DNA of 64,000 bases from a virus: the IMG/VR virus record IMGVR_UViG_3300044632_001218. One strand, 5' to 3'. Below the pieces are notes generated by a model. That model ran no database searches, was not told where the DNA came from, and worked only from the letters and a program-made list of their open reading frames with translations. This document shows, piece by piece, positions 31,414-39,309 of this stretch (within the stretch, counting starts at the first letter, position 1; each line of letters begins with the position of its first letter). Both the position numbers and the translations under genes were made by a program.

Positions 31414-32691
31414 ATGGCAACAGAAACAGATTTATTTGAAGCAGCTTCTATAGTTACTTTTTATTATGCGATAGATAAAGGTGCCAACTTAATCCCCAAT
31501 CAGGATTTAATTCTTTTTGAAGATTTGAAAAAAGAATTTCCTAATATGGATAAAGAATGGTATGAAGGTTTGCTCAAACAAGCAAGAGCACTTGTAAAAT
31601 ATCTTTCTCATTCTGAAGGTGCTGAAGATACTTCTTGGAAATATGCAAGATATGGTGGTAAAACAAAAACTCTACCTCCAAATAAAGATACTGATATCTA
31701 TGATTATATTTGGAATAGTTTTAATAGACAGCAGCAACAATTATTTACAGGTAAAAAAGATAGTTGGAATACTACAGATGTCTATATGGTAAAATCATCT
31801 GAAGAATATAAAATTAAACAAATGGTAGATTTGTTAAAAGATGAATTTTCAGATGGAACAACTGCACCAGAAGTATTTGTTGGAACTGTTAATGCTTACT
31901 TGAGCCAACTTTTAAGAGATAAAAAACTTGTAGGTATTTCTCTTAAAAAGCCAACAAAGGCAGAACCAGAATCTCATGTATATGAAACCAATCTTGATGT
32001 TGGTCCTGATGGAATTGAAGTTCATGAAGGTAATATTATAGGTGAAATGTTTACTTATATGGAAATAAGTAAAAGAGGTGGTGAAACTGATTTTGCAGGA
32101 AACTCCTTAACCTTTGAGGCACAATTTAAAGCAGGAAAATATATTAAAAGATATTTTTGGGAGAGTAAAGTTTCAAGTGCTGCTGCTCATGCAACAGAAC
32201 CAAGAGATAGAGTTCCTAATAATAAAGGAAAATATGTAAATGCTACTGCAAGAAATGGTGCTATTCCTGCTCCAAAAATGGCAGACCTTGTTAAAAAGTA
32301 TACTGGGGAAGATATTAATTACAACATTCCTTTAAGTGGAAAATTTACAGATGCTCATTTGAAATATTGGCAAAAGTATTTTAAAGACATAGTTTCTGAT
32401 AGAACCATTAAAAAAGATTTTGGTAAAGTTTCTGTTTTGGGAAGACAAGTTTCTCCAGAAGTTTTTATTGAATTAGCTTTTGAATTGGATAAGGTATCTC
32501 CAAATCCATCTGGTAAAAACTTTGCAGTTAAGTTGAGAAGTAAGTTAAGAATTTTGAGATACATTAAAATGTTTATTGGAGCAAAAAGACAAGGAAAATT
32601 AGCAGAACTTATTACTCATGCGTACTTCTTGTCATCAAAAATGAACATTAGTCAAGCAGACTTGTCTGGACCCTTTATCAAGGTCCAGTGA
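31414..32691 (+). CDS. Hypothetical protein, possible restriction-endonuclease-like fold
   Basis: KKDSWNTTDVY...LVGISLKK, a D...SxK variant of the PD-(D/E)xK motif. Confidence 0.5.
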   Translation: MATETDLFEAASIVTFYYAIDKGANLIPNQDLILFEDLKKEFPNMDKEWYEGLLKQARALVKYLSHSEGAEDTSWKYARYGGKTKTLPPNKDTDIYDYIWNSFNRQQQQLFTGKKDSWNTTDVYMVKSSEEYKIKQMVDLLKDEFSDGTTAPEVFVGTVNAYLSQLLRDKKLVGISLKKPTKAEPESHVYETNLDVGPDGIEVHEGNIIGEMFTYMEISKRGGETDFAGNSLTFEAQFKAGKYIKRYFWESKVSSAAAHATEPRDRVPNNKGKYVNATARNGAIPAPKMADLVKKYTGEDINYNIPLSGKFTDAHLKYWQKYFKDIVSDRTIKKDFGKVSVLGRQVSPEVFIELAFELDKVSPNPSGKNFAVKLRSKLRILRYIKMFIGAKRQGKLAELITHAYFLSSKMNISQADLSGPFIKVQ

Positions 32692-32693
32692 TG

Positions 32694-32702
32694 TGCTATA
32701 CT
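32694..32702 (+). promoter_or_regulatory. Extended -10 promoter (TGcTATACT) upstream of methylase
   Basis: TGn plus TATACT about 20 nt before ATG 32723; preceded by hairpin CTGGACC-N9-GGTCCAG. Confidence 0.5.
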
Positions 32703-32722
32703 GGTAAAATACTGGAGACCTT

Positions 32723-33490
32723 ATGATTGACCTGAGAACTGGAGACTGTATTGAGTTGGCAAAACAACTTGATGACAACTCTATTGATTGCACTGTAACT
32801 TCACCACCATACAACAAACAAAAGATTGGTGGTGGTTTGTTTCGTAAAATTGAATATGATAATTTTGATGATTCACTTCCAGAGGATGTTTATCAAGAGC
32901 AACAGATTGAACTTCTGAATGTTCTTTTTGACAAAACCAAAGAGGGTGGTTCTTTATTTTACAATCATAAAGTCAGGTATCTTGAAGGTAATGCAACTTC
33001 TCCTTGGGCATGGTTGCCTAAAACTAAATGGCACATCAGAGAAGAGATTATCTGGAACAGAGGTAGTGGTCCAGAGATTTCTGGATACAGATTCACACAG
33101 ATTGATGAAAGAATCTACTGGTTGTGTAAAGGTGCTAAGCGTCCTAAACTTCCCAGAAGGTCTGTAAACTATGGAAGTGTTTGGAAGTTTGGACCTGAGA
33201 TGAAGAATCCTCATCCTGCACCATTTCCTATTGTTCTTCCACTTCGTTGCATCCAAGCAGTAATGGAATCTCCTGGTGTTATTCTTGATCCTTACAGTGG
33301 ATCAGGAACTACAGGTCTTGCTGCTACGCTTCTTGGTCATGATTACATTGGGTTTGATCTTTCTGATGATTATCATACTATGGCAAAAGAAAGAATCAAT
33401 AATCCATCCAGAAGAGACCTTGAAAGGTTTACCGAAGAGTGTGGTGTTGAGGTAAATACAGAAAGAGATATCTTTACCTTACTTTCCTGA
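32723..33490 (+). CDS. Beta-class N4-C/N6-A DNA methyltransferase
   Basis: TSPPY catalytic motif precedes HPAPFP and ILDPYSGSGTTG SAM-binding motif. Confidence 0.92.
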   Translation: MIDLRTGDCIELAKQLDDNSIDCTVTSPPYNKQKIGGGLFRKIEYDNFDDSLPEDVYQEQQIELLNVLFDKTKEGGSLFYNHKVRYLEGNATSPWAWLPKTKWHIREEIIWNRGSGPEISGYRFTQIDERIYWLCKGAKRPKLPRRSVNYGSVWKFGPEMKNPHPAPFPIVLPLRCIQAVMESPGVILDPYSGSGTTGLAATLLGHDYIGFDLSDDYHTMAKERINNPSRRDLERFTEECGVEVNTERDIFTLLS

Positions 33491-33714
33491 TGGAAGAATT
33501 TTTCGATGACTTAATTAGATTATACAAACAACACATAAGAATTACGCAACTAAAAAAGAAAACTATTGAAAATTTTTCCAGATTTTATGTAAGTTTTGTA
33601 GACCAAGACAAAAATCCAAAAGATAAGAAAGATAAATATTTACAAGTAAAACGACTTGGTTTGCAATATATTCAGCAAAACCAAGATTTGATATATAAAA
33701 AAATTAATAAATGA
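33490..33714 (+). CDS. Hypothetical protein
   Basis: 74-aa ORF translationally coupled on both sides. Confidence 0.65.
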   Translation: MEEFFDDLIRLYKQHIRITQLKKKTIENFSRFYVSFVDQDKNPKDKKDKYLQVKRLGLQYIQQNQDLIYKKINK

Positions 33715-35000
33715 AGAAGTTTTCTGAGTTTATAGTAGAAGCAAGAAGTTCCCAAGCAGCTCAAAAGGCACACAAGCTTGGGTTACAGGGTGATGGGCAC
33801 GGATATTGGATTGATAAACAACAGAAACGAGTAGCACAAACTGTCAAAGGACAACTGCAATTTATTTCTGGTAAGAAGAAAGGTAAGAGTGGTGAAGATG
33901 GTGATGGTGAAGAAGGTAAAGAACCATCAAGAGTATCAACAGGAAAGTTTAGAGGACAAAAACCTGGAAAGAAAAGACTAGGTGCTAAAGCACCACAACC
34001 AACTGCAAAAAGAGCACCAGCTCCAGCAGCAACACCAAGACCAAAGGCAACAGCACAGGAACCAACGCCAAAACCAAAAGAAACTATAAGAGATGAAGTA
34101 GTTACTGTTGTCTTTGGTAAGTTTAATCCTCCAACACAAGCACATAAAAGGGTATTGGAGTCTGCAAAGAAAACAGCATCTGGTGGAAATTTTTACGTTT
34201 TCCCAAGTAGAACACAAGATGGTAAAAAGAATCCATTAGACCCAGACACAAAGATTTCGTATATGAAGGAAATGTTCCCTGAGTATGCTGATAGTATTAT
34301 TGATAGTGATGAGTTTCAAACCATCTTTGATGTTCTTCAGTTCTTGAATCAAGAAGGATATACTGGAGTTAATATTGTTTGTGGGGCAGAAAGAGTTTCT
34401 GAGATTGATAATCTTGCTAATAAAAGTAATGGACAGTTGTATGATTACCAATCAATCAATGTAGTATCTTCTGGTTCAAAAGATGCTGAATCAGAAAGTG
34501 GATCATCTGATGTTGCAAGAAAAGCAGCAGCAGAAAAAGATTTTGAAACATTCAAGAAAGCACTTCCTTCAGGATTTAGCGGTGCTAAACAAATGTTCAC
34601 TGACCTTCAACAGTCTATGAATATCAAAGAAGGTTATAGACTTTGGGAAATTGCTCCTGAATATGATTGGAAAGGATTGAGAGAAAATTATGTCTTTGGG
34701 CATTTGTATCAAGTGGGCACAATAATTGAAAGTTGTAATACAGGGTTGATAGGAAAAGTTATAAGGTCTGGTGCTAATCATTTAATCTGTGTAACTGAAG
34801 ATGGAATTATGTTCAAGTCTTGGATAAAGGACGTTTGTGAGTATACAGAAGTCAAGATGGATAAGATGACAAGAGAACCAGGAAAACCAAATACTCTTGT
34901 AGGAACTGTAGGATATACAAAGTATGTTGCCTCTATGACTCCTGGAGCAACAGTGGATACTATAAATAAAAAAAGGAAAGAACTAACAAAAAGTAAATGA
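33711..35000 (+). CDS. Cytidylyltransferase-like (HIGH-superfamily) nucleotidyltransferase with CTS-like N-terminus
   Basis: VVFGKFNPPTQAH (HxGH variant), KKNPL; N-terminus MKKFSEFIVE; K/P/A-rich linker. Confidence 0.8.
   Translation: MKKFSEFIVEARSSQAAQKAHKLGLQGDGHGYWIDKQQKRVAQTVKGQLQFISGKKKGKSGEDGDGEEGKEPSRVSTGKFRGQKPGKKRLGAKAPQPTAKRAPAPAATPRPKATAQEPTPKPKETIRDEVVTVVFGKFNPPTQAHKRVLESAKKTASGGNFYVFPSRTQDGKKNPLDPDTKISYMKEMFPEYADSIIDSDEFQTIFDVLQFLNQEGYTGVNIVCGAERVSEIDNLANKSNGQLYDYQSINVVSSGSKDAESESGSSDVARKAAAEKDFETFKKALPSGFSGAKQMFTDLQQSMNIKEGYRLWEIAPEYDWKGLRENYVFGHLYQVGTIIESCNTGLIGKVIRSGANHLICVTEDGIMFKSWIKDVCEYTEVKMDKMTREPGKPNTLVGTVGYTKYVASMTPGATVDTINKKRKELTKSK
34961..34968 (+). promoter_or_regulatory. 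Late promoter TATAAATA within the end of the upstream CDS
   Basis: Exact consensus about 30 nt before ATG 34997. Confidence 0.6.
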
Positions 35001-36250
35001 CTAACATTTGGACACAATCTTTTGAAGAAGTAAGGAAACCATTTTTTGAAATGGAAGACCCCTATACTTTGAGAGAAAAGAAAGAAAAAGAAGAGAAAGA
35101 AAATGGGCCAAAGCGTTGGTGGGATGATGATGGCGATGGTGTTGGATATGAGAAGGGGGAAGTAAAAGGTAAGTTTAAGAAGAAGAAAGTAAAGGAAGAA
35201 GTAGAAGAAGTTGGTGAAAATGTAAATTTACAAAGTCAATCATCAAAAAGAAAATCTTTAGGAAAATATAAGGGGAAATACGAAAGTCCAAAAGAATTTA
35301 GAAAAACTGAAATTGAAGATGCTCCATATCAATATAAAGGAAATTATAATGCCCATTTAAAGAAAGAAGAAGTAGAAGAAGTTGGTGAGGAGATGAAACC
35401 CCTTCCCAAAAACAAGATGTTTCGTAAGGCAGGAAATCTTGGTAGAGATATTGTTTCTCCCTCAACAGGAGATGAAGATCGCCAAAAGAAATATGGTCGT
35501 CAGAAGAAAATCATAAAACAACTTAATAAAGAAGAATATATTGATGAAGTAAATGATTCAAAAGAAACAAGGCTTGATGTAAGAAAGGGAATCAAAAACA
35601 AAGTTGAAATTAACCCCCAAATCAAAGAAGAACTTGAGACTTGGATTGGTGAACTTGTAGAAGAAGGTTATGACCTTTCTCAATTTACTTGGCAGGAAAT
35701 GTTTGAAATTTATGAATCTGCTGAGTTTATTGATGAGGGAACTGCTGGTATGCCAGCAGCAGGAGATGCTCAAACAGTAACAGTAGACCCTATTGCAGTA
35801 GCAAAAGTAAAGGCAGCAAAGGCAAAAGTGGCAAAGGAAAGAGCAGACCTTCAAGTTGCTCAGCAATCACAGAGACTGAAAGTTTCCACAAATGAGTCGT
35901 TTGACTCAATTGTTGAGTACCTTTCACAAAGACCTAATGCCTTTGAGAATCTTGAAGAGGGAGTATTTGACCCCAAAAAGTCTAAAATGAGACCTGCTTC
36001 AGAAAGATCAAAAAATGCAATGACTGATGCCCAAAGAAAGGCAGAAAAAAAAGAAGCACAAAGAACTGCAGAAATTCATAGTAAAGGTGAAACTGTTCTT
36101 GCTGGGTTAATGCCACAAGGTAAAAAAGGAAAAGTTAAAACTACTCCTACACCAAAAGCAGCAGCACCAGCATCAAATAGAAAAGTAAAAGGTCGCTATG
36201 ATAAACTTGCTGCTGCAGCAAATAAAGTTCTGAAAGATATTAAAAAATAA
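34997..36250 (+). CDS. E/K-rich modular hypothetical protein, probable internal head protein
   Basis: 417 aa; basic modules between acidic EEVEE/IDE/LEE linkers. Confidence 0.7.
   Translation: MTNIWTQSFEEVRKPFFEMEDPYTLREKKEKEEKENGPKRWWDDDGDGVGYEKGEVKGKFKKKKVKEEVEEVGENVNLQSQSSKRKSLGKYKGKYESPKEFRKTEIEDAPYQYKGNYNAHLKKEEVEEVGEEMKPLPKNKMFRKAGNLGRDIVSPSTGDEDRQKKYGRQKKIIKQLNKEEYIDEVNDSKETRLDVRKGIKNKVEINPQIKEELETWIGELVEEGYDLSQFTWQEMFEIYESAEFIDEGTAGMPAAGDAQTVTVDPIAVAKVKAAKAKVAKERADLQVAQQSQRLKVSTNESFDSIVEYLSQRPNAFENLEEGVFDPKKSKMRPASERSKNAMTDAQRKAEKKEAQRTAEIHSKGETVLAGLMPQGKKGKVKTTPTPKAAAPASNRKVKGRYDKLAAAANKVLKDIKK
35195..35388 (+). repeat. 23-bp exact direct repeat (GAAGAAGTAGAAGAAGTTGGTGA) at 35195-35217 and 35366-35388
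   Basis: Both copies read directly; 171-bp period, in frame (EEVEEVGE). Confidence 0.9.
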
Positions 36251-36277
36251 ATAGTTACATAATTGCCAGGAGGTATT

Positions 36278-36463
36278 ATGACTTTAGCAGCTATTGGTGC
36301 TTGGTTTGCAGCAAATGAAGCTTTGGTTGCAACAGTGCTTCTCTTAATTTCAGAAGCACTTGGAGCAAATCCAAAACTCAAATCAAATGGAATTCTTTCA
36401 TTCATTCTTCTTCAATTGCAAAATCACTTGAAGAAAAAGGGTGCAACAGATTTAACTCCATAA
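36278..36463 (+). CDS. Small hydrophobic protein (possible holin-like membrane protein)
   Basis: GGAGG RBS before ATG 36278; hydrophobic N-terminal half, basic C-terminus. Confidence 0.6.
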   Translation: MTLAAIGAWFAANEALVATVLLLISEALGANPKLKSNGILSFILLQLQNHLKKKGATDLTP

Positions 36464-36484
36464 TTTTTAATCAAATTTTAATAC

Positions 36485-36517
36485 AAAGGAGATCGATTAC
36501 TGAGGTCTCCTTTTTTT
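36485..36517 (+). terminator. Rho-independent terminator
   Basis: AAAGGAGATC-N9-GGTCTCCTTT plus T-run. Confidence 0.85.
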
Positions 36518-36524
36518 ATAAATA
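36517..36524 (+). promoter_or_regulatory. Late promoter TATAAATA
   Basis: Exact consensus directly after the terminator. Confidence 0.85.
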
Positions 36525-36557
36525 CTCTTAGACAAAGAAATTTATTAGGTACAAAGA

Positions 36558-37319
36558 ATGGCACTCTGGGGAAATAACGACAACAAGGGTTCAGGTGGAA
36601 CAGTATCTTTAGATTATGCAGCCTTGGTTGTTACAGGTTCTGGAACTACTTTTGGACAAGTAGGTGCTGCTGCAACTGGAGACGTAATTAGATTTGGTTA
36701 TAGAGGTTCTGGTGGAACCTATTTTGGAGATGCAGTTATTGTTGGCATTGCAAGTACTACCCAATGTTCGATTGCATCAACTGCTGGTCTTAGTGGGGCT
36801 TCAATTGCTTCTACAAGTTTCTATATCAGTGAACTTCCAAAATACACTGTTCTTGATAGCACTTACAGTAACAAAATTGATGCTGCTGAATCTTTAGCAA
36901 CTTTATCAATCACAGGAACTGCAACTACAAATGCTGGTGTAGGAACTGCTATTATTCCAACCATTCCTCCAGTAGGATTGATTGTTGGGGACTTGCTGGT
37001 AAATGGTGGTAACAATATTACAATTTCTACTATTGATGCTACCACAATTAGTTTAGGATCAACTATTTCTGTTGGTATTGCTACTGGTGCTACCTTAACC
37101 TTCAAGAGATATGTTGATGGTTATGACAAGCAAGTTTATGGTATTTCAACAACCTCTTATGTTCCAGCAGCATATCAAGGATATACTCATGCTGGTTGGG
37201 TTGGTGTTACAACCTATGTTGATTGTCATGGCAGTCTGAGAGTCAAGAGTGAAGTCCTTGTTGCAATGTCTGGTATCCAAACAGGAACTGATGGCATTCT
37301 TTATCCAACATCAAAATAA
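36558..37319 (+). CDS. Virion structural protein (G/T/S-rich; MALWG start)
   Basis: Late promoter; MALWG...HAGWV..RVKSEVLVAM pattern of cyanophage virion proteins. Confidence 0.7.
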   Translation: MALWGNNDNKGSGGTVSLDYAALVVTGSGTTFGQVGAAATGDVIRFGYRGSGGTYFGDAVIVGIASTTQCSIASTAGLSGASIASTSFYISELPKYTVLDSTYSNKIDAAESLATLSITGTATTNAGVGTAIIPTIPPVGLIVGDLLVNGGNNITISTIDATTISLGSTISVGIATGATLTFKRYVDGYDKQVYGISTTSYVPAAYQGYTHAGWVGVTTYVDCHGSLRVKSEVLVAMSGIQTGTDGILYPTSK

Positions 37320-37326
37320 TTAATCT

Positions 37327-37698
37327 ATGAAGTTTGATGAATTGAATGAGGACAATTACCTCCTGTTTGCCATTAAGTATTATGATAATCCTCAATCTAT
37401 AACTAAAGAGGATTTCTTTGAGGACTTAAGTAGATTTAAATATATCAAAAAGTTATTGAGAAGATATGTAAAATCAGGAGAGCTAAAAACTACTCTCCTG
37501 ATTAATCATTTTATTATTGTCTTCAATGTTTTTAATGATGCAGCACTCCCTCTTTTGTTCTTCAAAATAGAAAGAGAGTTATGGTCTTCTATGAAGACTT
37601 TTTTATTATATCTCAATAGAATACCTGAGTATCCAAAGTCATTTTTAGATGATATTCCTATTGACCAAACCTGTTTAAAAATATTGGAATCACTATAA
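37327..37698 (+). CDS. Conserved T4-like hypothetical protein
   Basis: MKFDELNEDNYLLFAIKYYDNP...NHFIIVFNVF. Confidence 0.8.
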   Translation: MKFDELNEDNYLLFAIKYYDNPQSITKEDFFEDLSRFKYIKKLLRRYVKSGELKTTLLINHFIIVFNVFNDAALPLLFFKIERELWSSMKTFLLYLNRIPEYPKSFLDDIPIDQTCLKILESL

Positions 37699-37868
37699 TG
37701 AACAATTTTAAGTTGAATAAAATAATAAATATTATTAGAGAAGAAATGACTGCTACTGGAGGCAACCTTGCAGGATTGCCTCCTGATTTGCCTCCAGTTG
37801 ACTTGAGAAAAAGAAAATATAAAAGAATTCCATTCTTCTTCAGAGACGTTTTAAAGAAGAAAAAGTAG
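37698..37868 (+). CDS. Small hypothetical protein (56 aa); missing from ORF track
   Basis: MNNFKLNKIINIIREEMTATGGNLAGLPPDLPPVDLRKRKYKRIPFFFRDVLKKKK; ATG overlaps the upstream TAA. Confidence 0.65.
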   Translation: MNNFKLNKIINIIREEMTATGGNLAGLPPDLPPVDLRKRKYKRIPFFFRDVLKKKK

Positions 37869-37872
37869 ACAC

Positions 37873-38286
37873 ATGTTTAACAATAACACAGCTGCAGATA
37901 CTAAAATTGCTGTTTTAGAAGAACGTCTTTCCGCATATGAACTTATGATGAGAAAAATAGACGAAGCAATTCAACTAATGGGCAAAACCAGTCAAAACAT
38001 TAGCAAGATGCTTGCTGTTCATGAAGAAAGAATAGAACAGTGCAATAAAGCTGATGATATGATTACCAGAGTGTTAGATGAGATGAGGGACGAAAATAGA
38101 GAACAGCATGAATCAGTGTCACATAGAATAGAAAAGTTGGAAACTAAATTGGAAGATTTTGTAAAGTTTCGCTGGATAATTGTAGGAGCAGCTTTGATTA
38201 TGTCGTTTATGTTTTCTCAGTCAGAAATTGTTGTTGACTTCTTGACCCCAACCCACCAACCTGCTAAAATAGAAGGACAAAAATAA
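37873..38286 (+). CDS. Coiled-coil protein with C-terminal transmembrane segment
   Basis: Heptad-rich region followed by FRWIIVGAALIMSFMF. Confidence 0.75.
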   Translation: MFNNNTAADTKIAVLEERLSAYELMMRKIDEAIQLMGKTSQNISKMLAVHEERIEQCNKADDMITRVLDEMRDENREQHESVSHRIEKLETKLEDFVKFRWIIVGAALIMSFMFSQSEIVVDFLTPTHQPAKIEGQK

Positions 38287-38295
38287 TTTTTATGA

Positions 38296-39309
38296 ATGAG
38301 CTTTGTTGATTCCAAATACATTGGACTGATATCCCCAAGACTTCAAAAATTTAAACAAGTAAAAAATAATCTTTATAATTTTAGGTGTCCCTATTGTGGG
38401 GATTCCCAGAGGCATAAAAATAAAGCAAGAGGATATATTTACCAACTTAAAAATGACCACAATTATAAATGTCATAATTGTGGAATGTCTAAATCTTTTA
38501 CTAATTTTCTAAAGGATTTGGACACATCACTATATGACCAGTATGTGATGGAACGATATAAGAATGGTATTACTGGGAAAAATTCCAATACTCCTGAACC
38601 TCAGTTCAATTTTCAGGAACCAAAGTTTTCTAAAAAAGTTAAAAATTGTAAGGTAGATTTGCCAACAATAGCAGAACTAAATACTGAGCACCCAGCAAAA
38701 GTATACTTACATAAAAGAAAAATTCCAGAAAAATTTTTTGGAGAACTGTATTATTGTGAAAATTTTAAAGCATGGACAAATGAGCAAAAGTATACATTTG
38801 AAACTACAGACCATGATGAACCAAGAATCATTATCCCATTAATCAACAAAGGGACACTATTTGGGTTTCAAGGTCGTAGTCTAAACAAAAATTCTAAAAT
38901 TAAATATATTACTATAATTTTAGATGAGCACCATCCAAAAATTTATGGTCTTGATAAAATCAATTGGGATAAAACTGTTTATATAACAGAAGGTCCATTT
39001 GATAGTATGTTTATAGATAATGCCATTGCTATGGTTGGTGCTGATGTTGATAAAATGTTTTTTGTAACGAACTTTGAAACTAACTTTGTTATGATTTATG
39101 ATAATGAAAAAAGAAATAAACAGATTGTAGATAGGATTGAAAAGGCAATTAATACACATTTCCCTGTGGTTATTTGGCCATCAGATGTAAAGGAAAAGGA
39201 TATTAATGATATGGTTTTATCTGGACTTGATGTGGATAGTATGCTAAAATCAAATACTTATTCAGGTTTAGAAGCAAAAGCAAAACTTATTAGTTGGAAA
39301 AGAGTATGA
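38296..39309 (+). CDS. gp61: DNA primase (gp61)
   Basis: FRCPYCGDS..CHNCG zinc finger, TOPRIM EGPFDSMF, YDNE. Confidence 0.96.
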   Translation: MSFVDSKYIGLISPRLQKFKQVKNNLYNFRCPYCGDSQRHKNKARGYIYQLKNDHNYKCHNCGMSKSFTNFLKDLDTSLYDQYVMERYKNGITGKNSNTPEPQFNFQEPKFSKKVKNCKVDLPTIAELNTEHPAKVYLHKRKIPEKFFGELYYCENFKAWTNEQKYTFETTDHDEPRIIIPLINKGTLFGFQGRSLNKNSKIKYITIILDEHHPKIYGLDKINWDKTVYITEGPFDSMFIDNAIAMVGADVDKMFFVTNFETNFVMIYDNEKRNKQIVDRIEKAINTHFPVVIWPSDVKEKDINDMVLSGLDVDSMLKSNTYSGLEAKAKLISWKRV

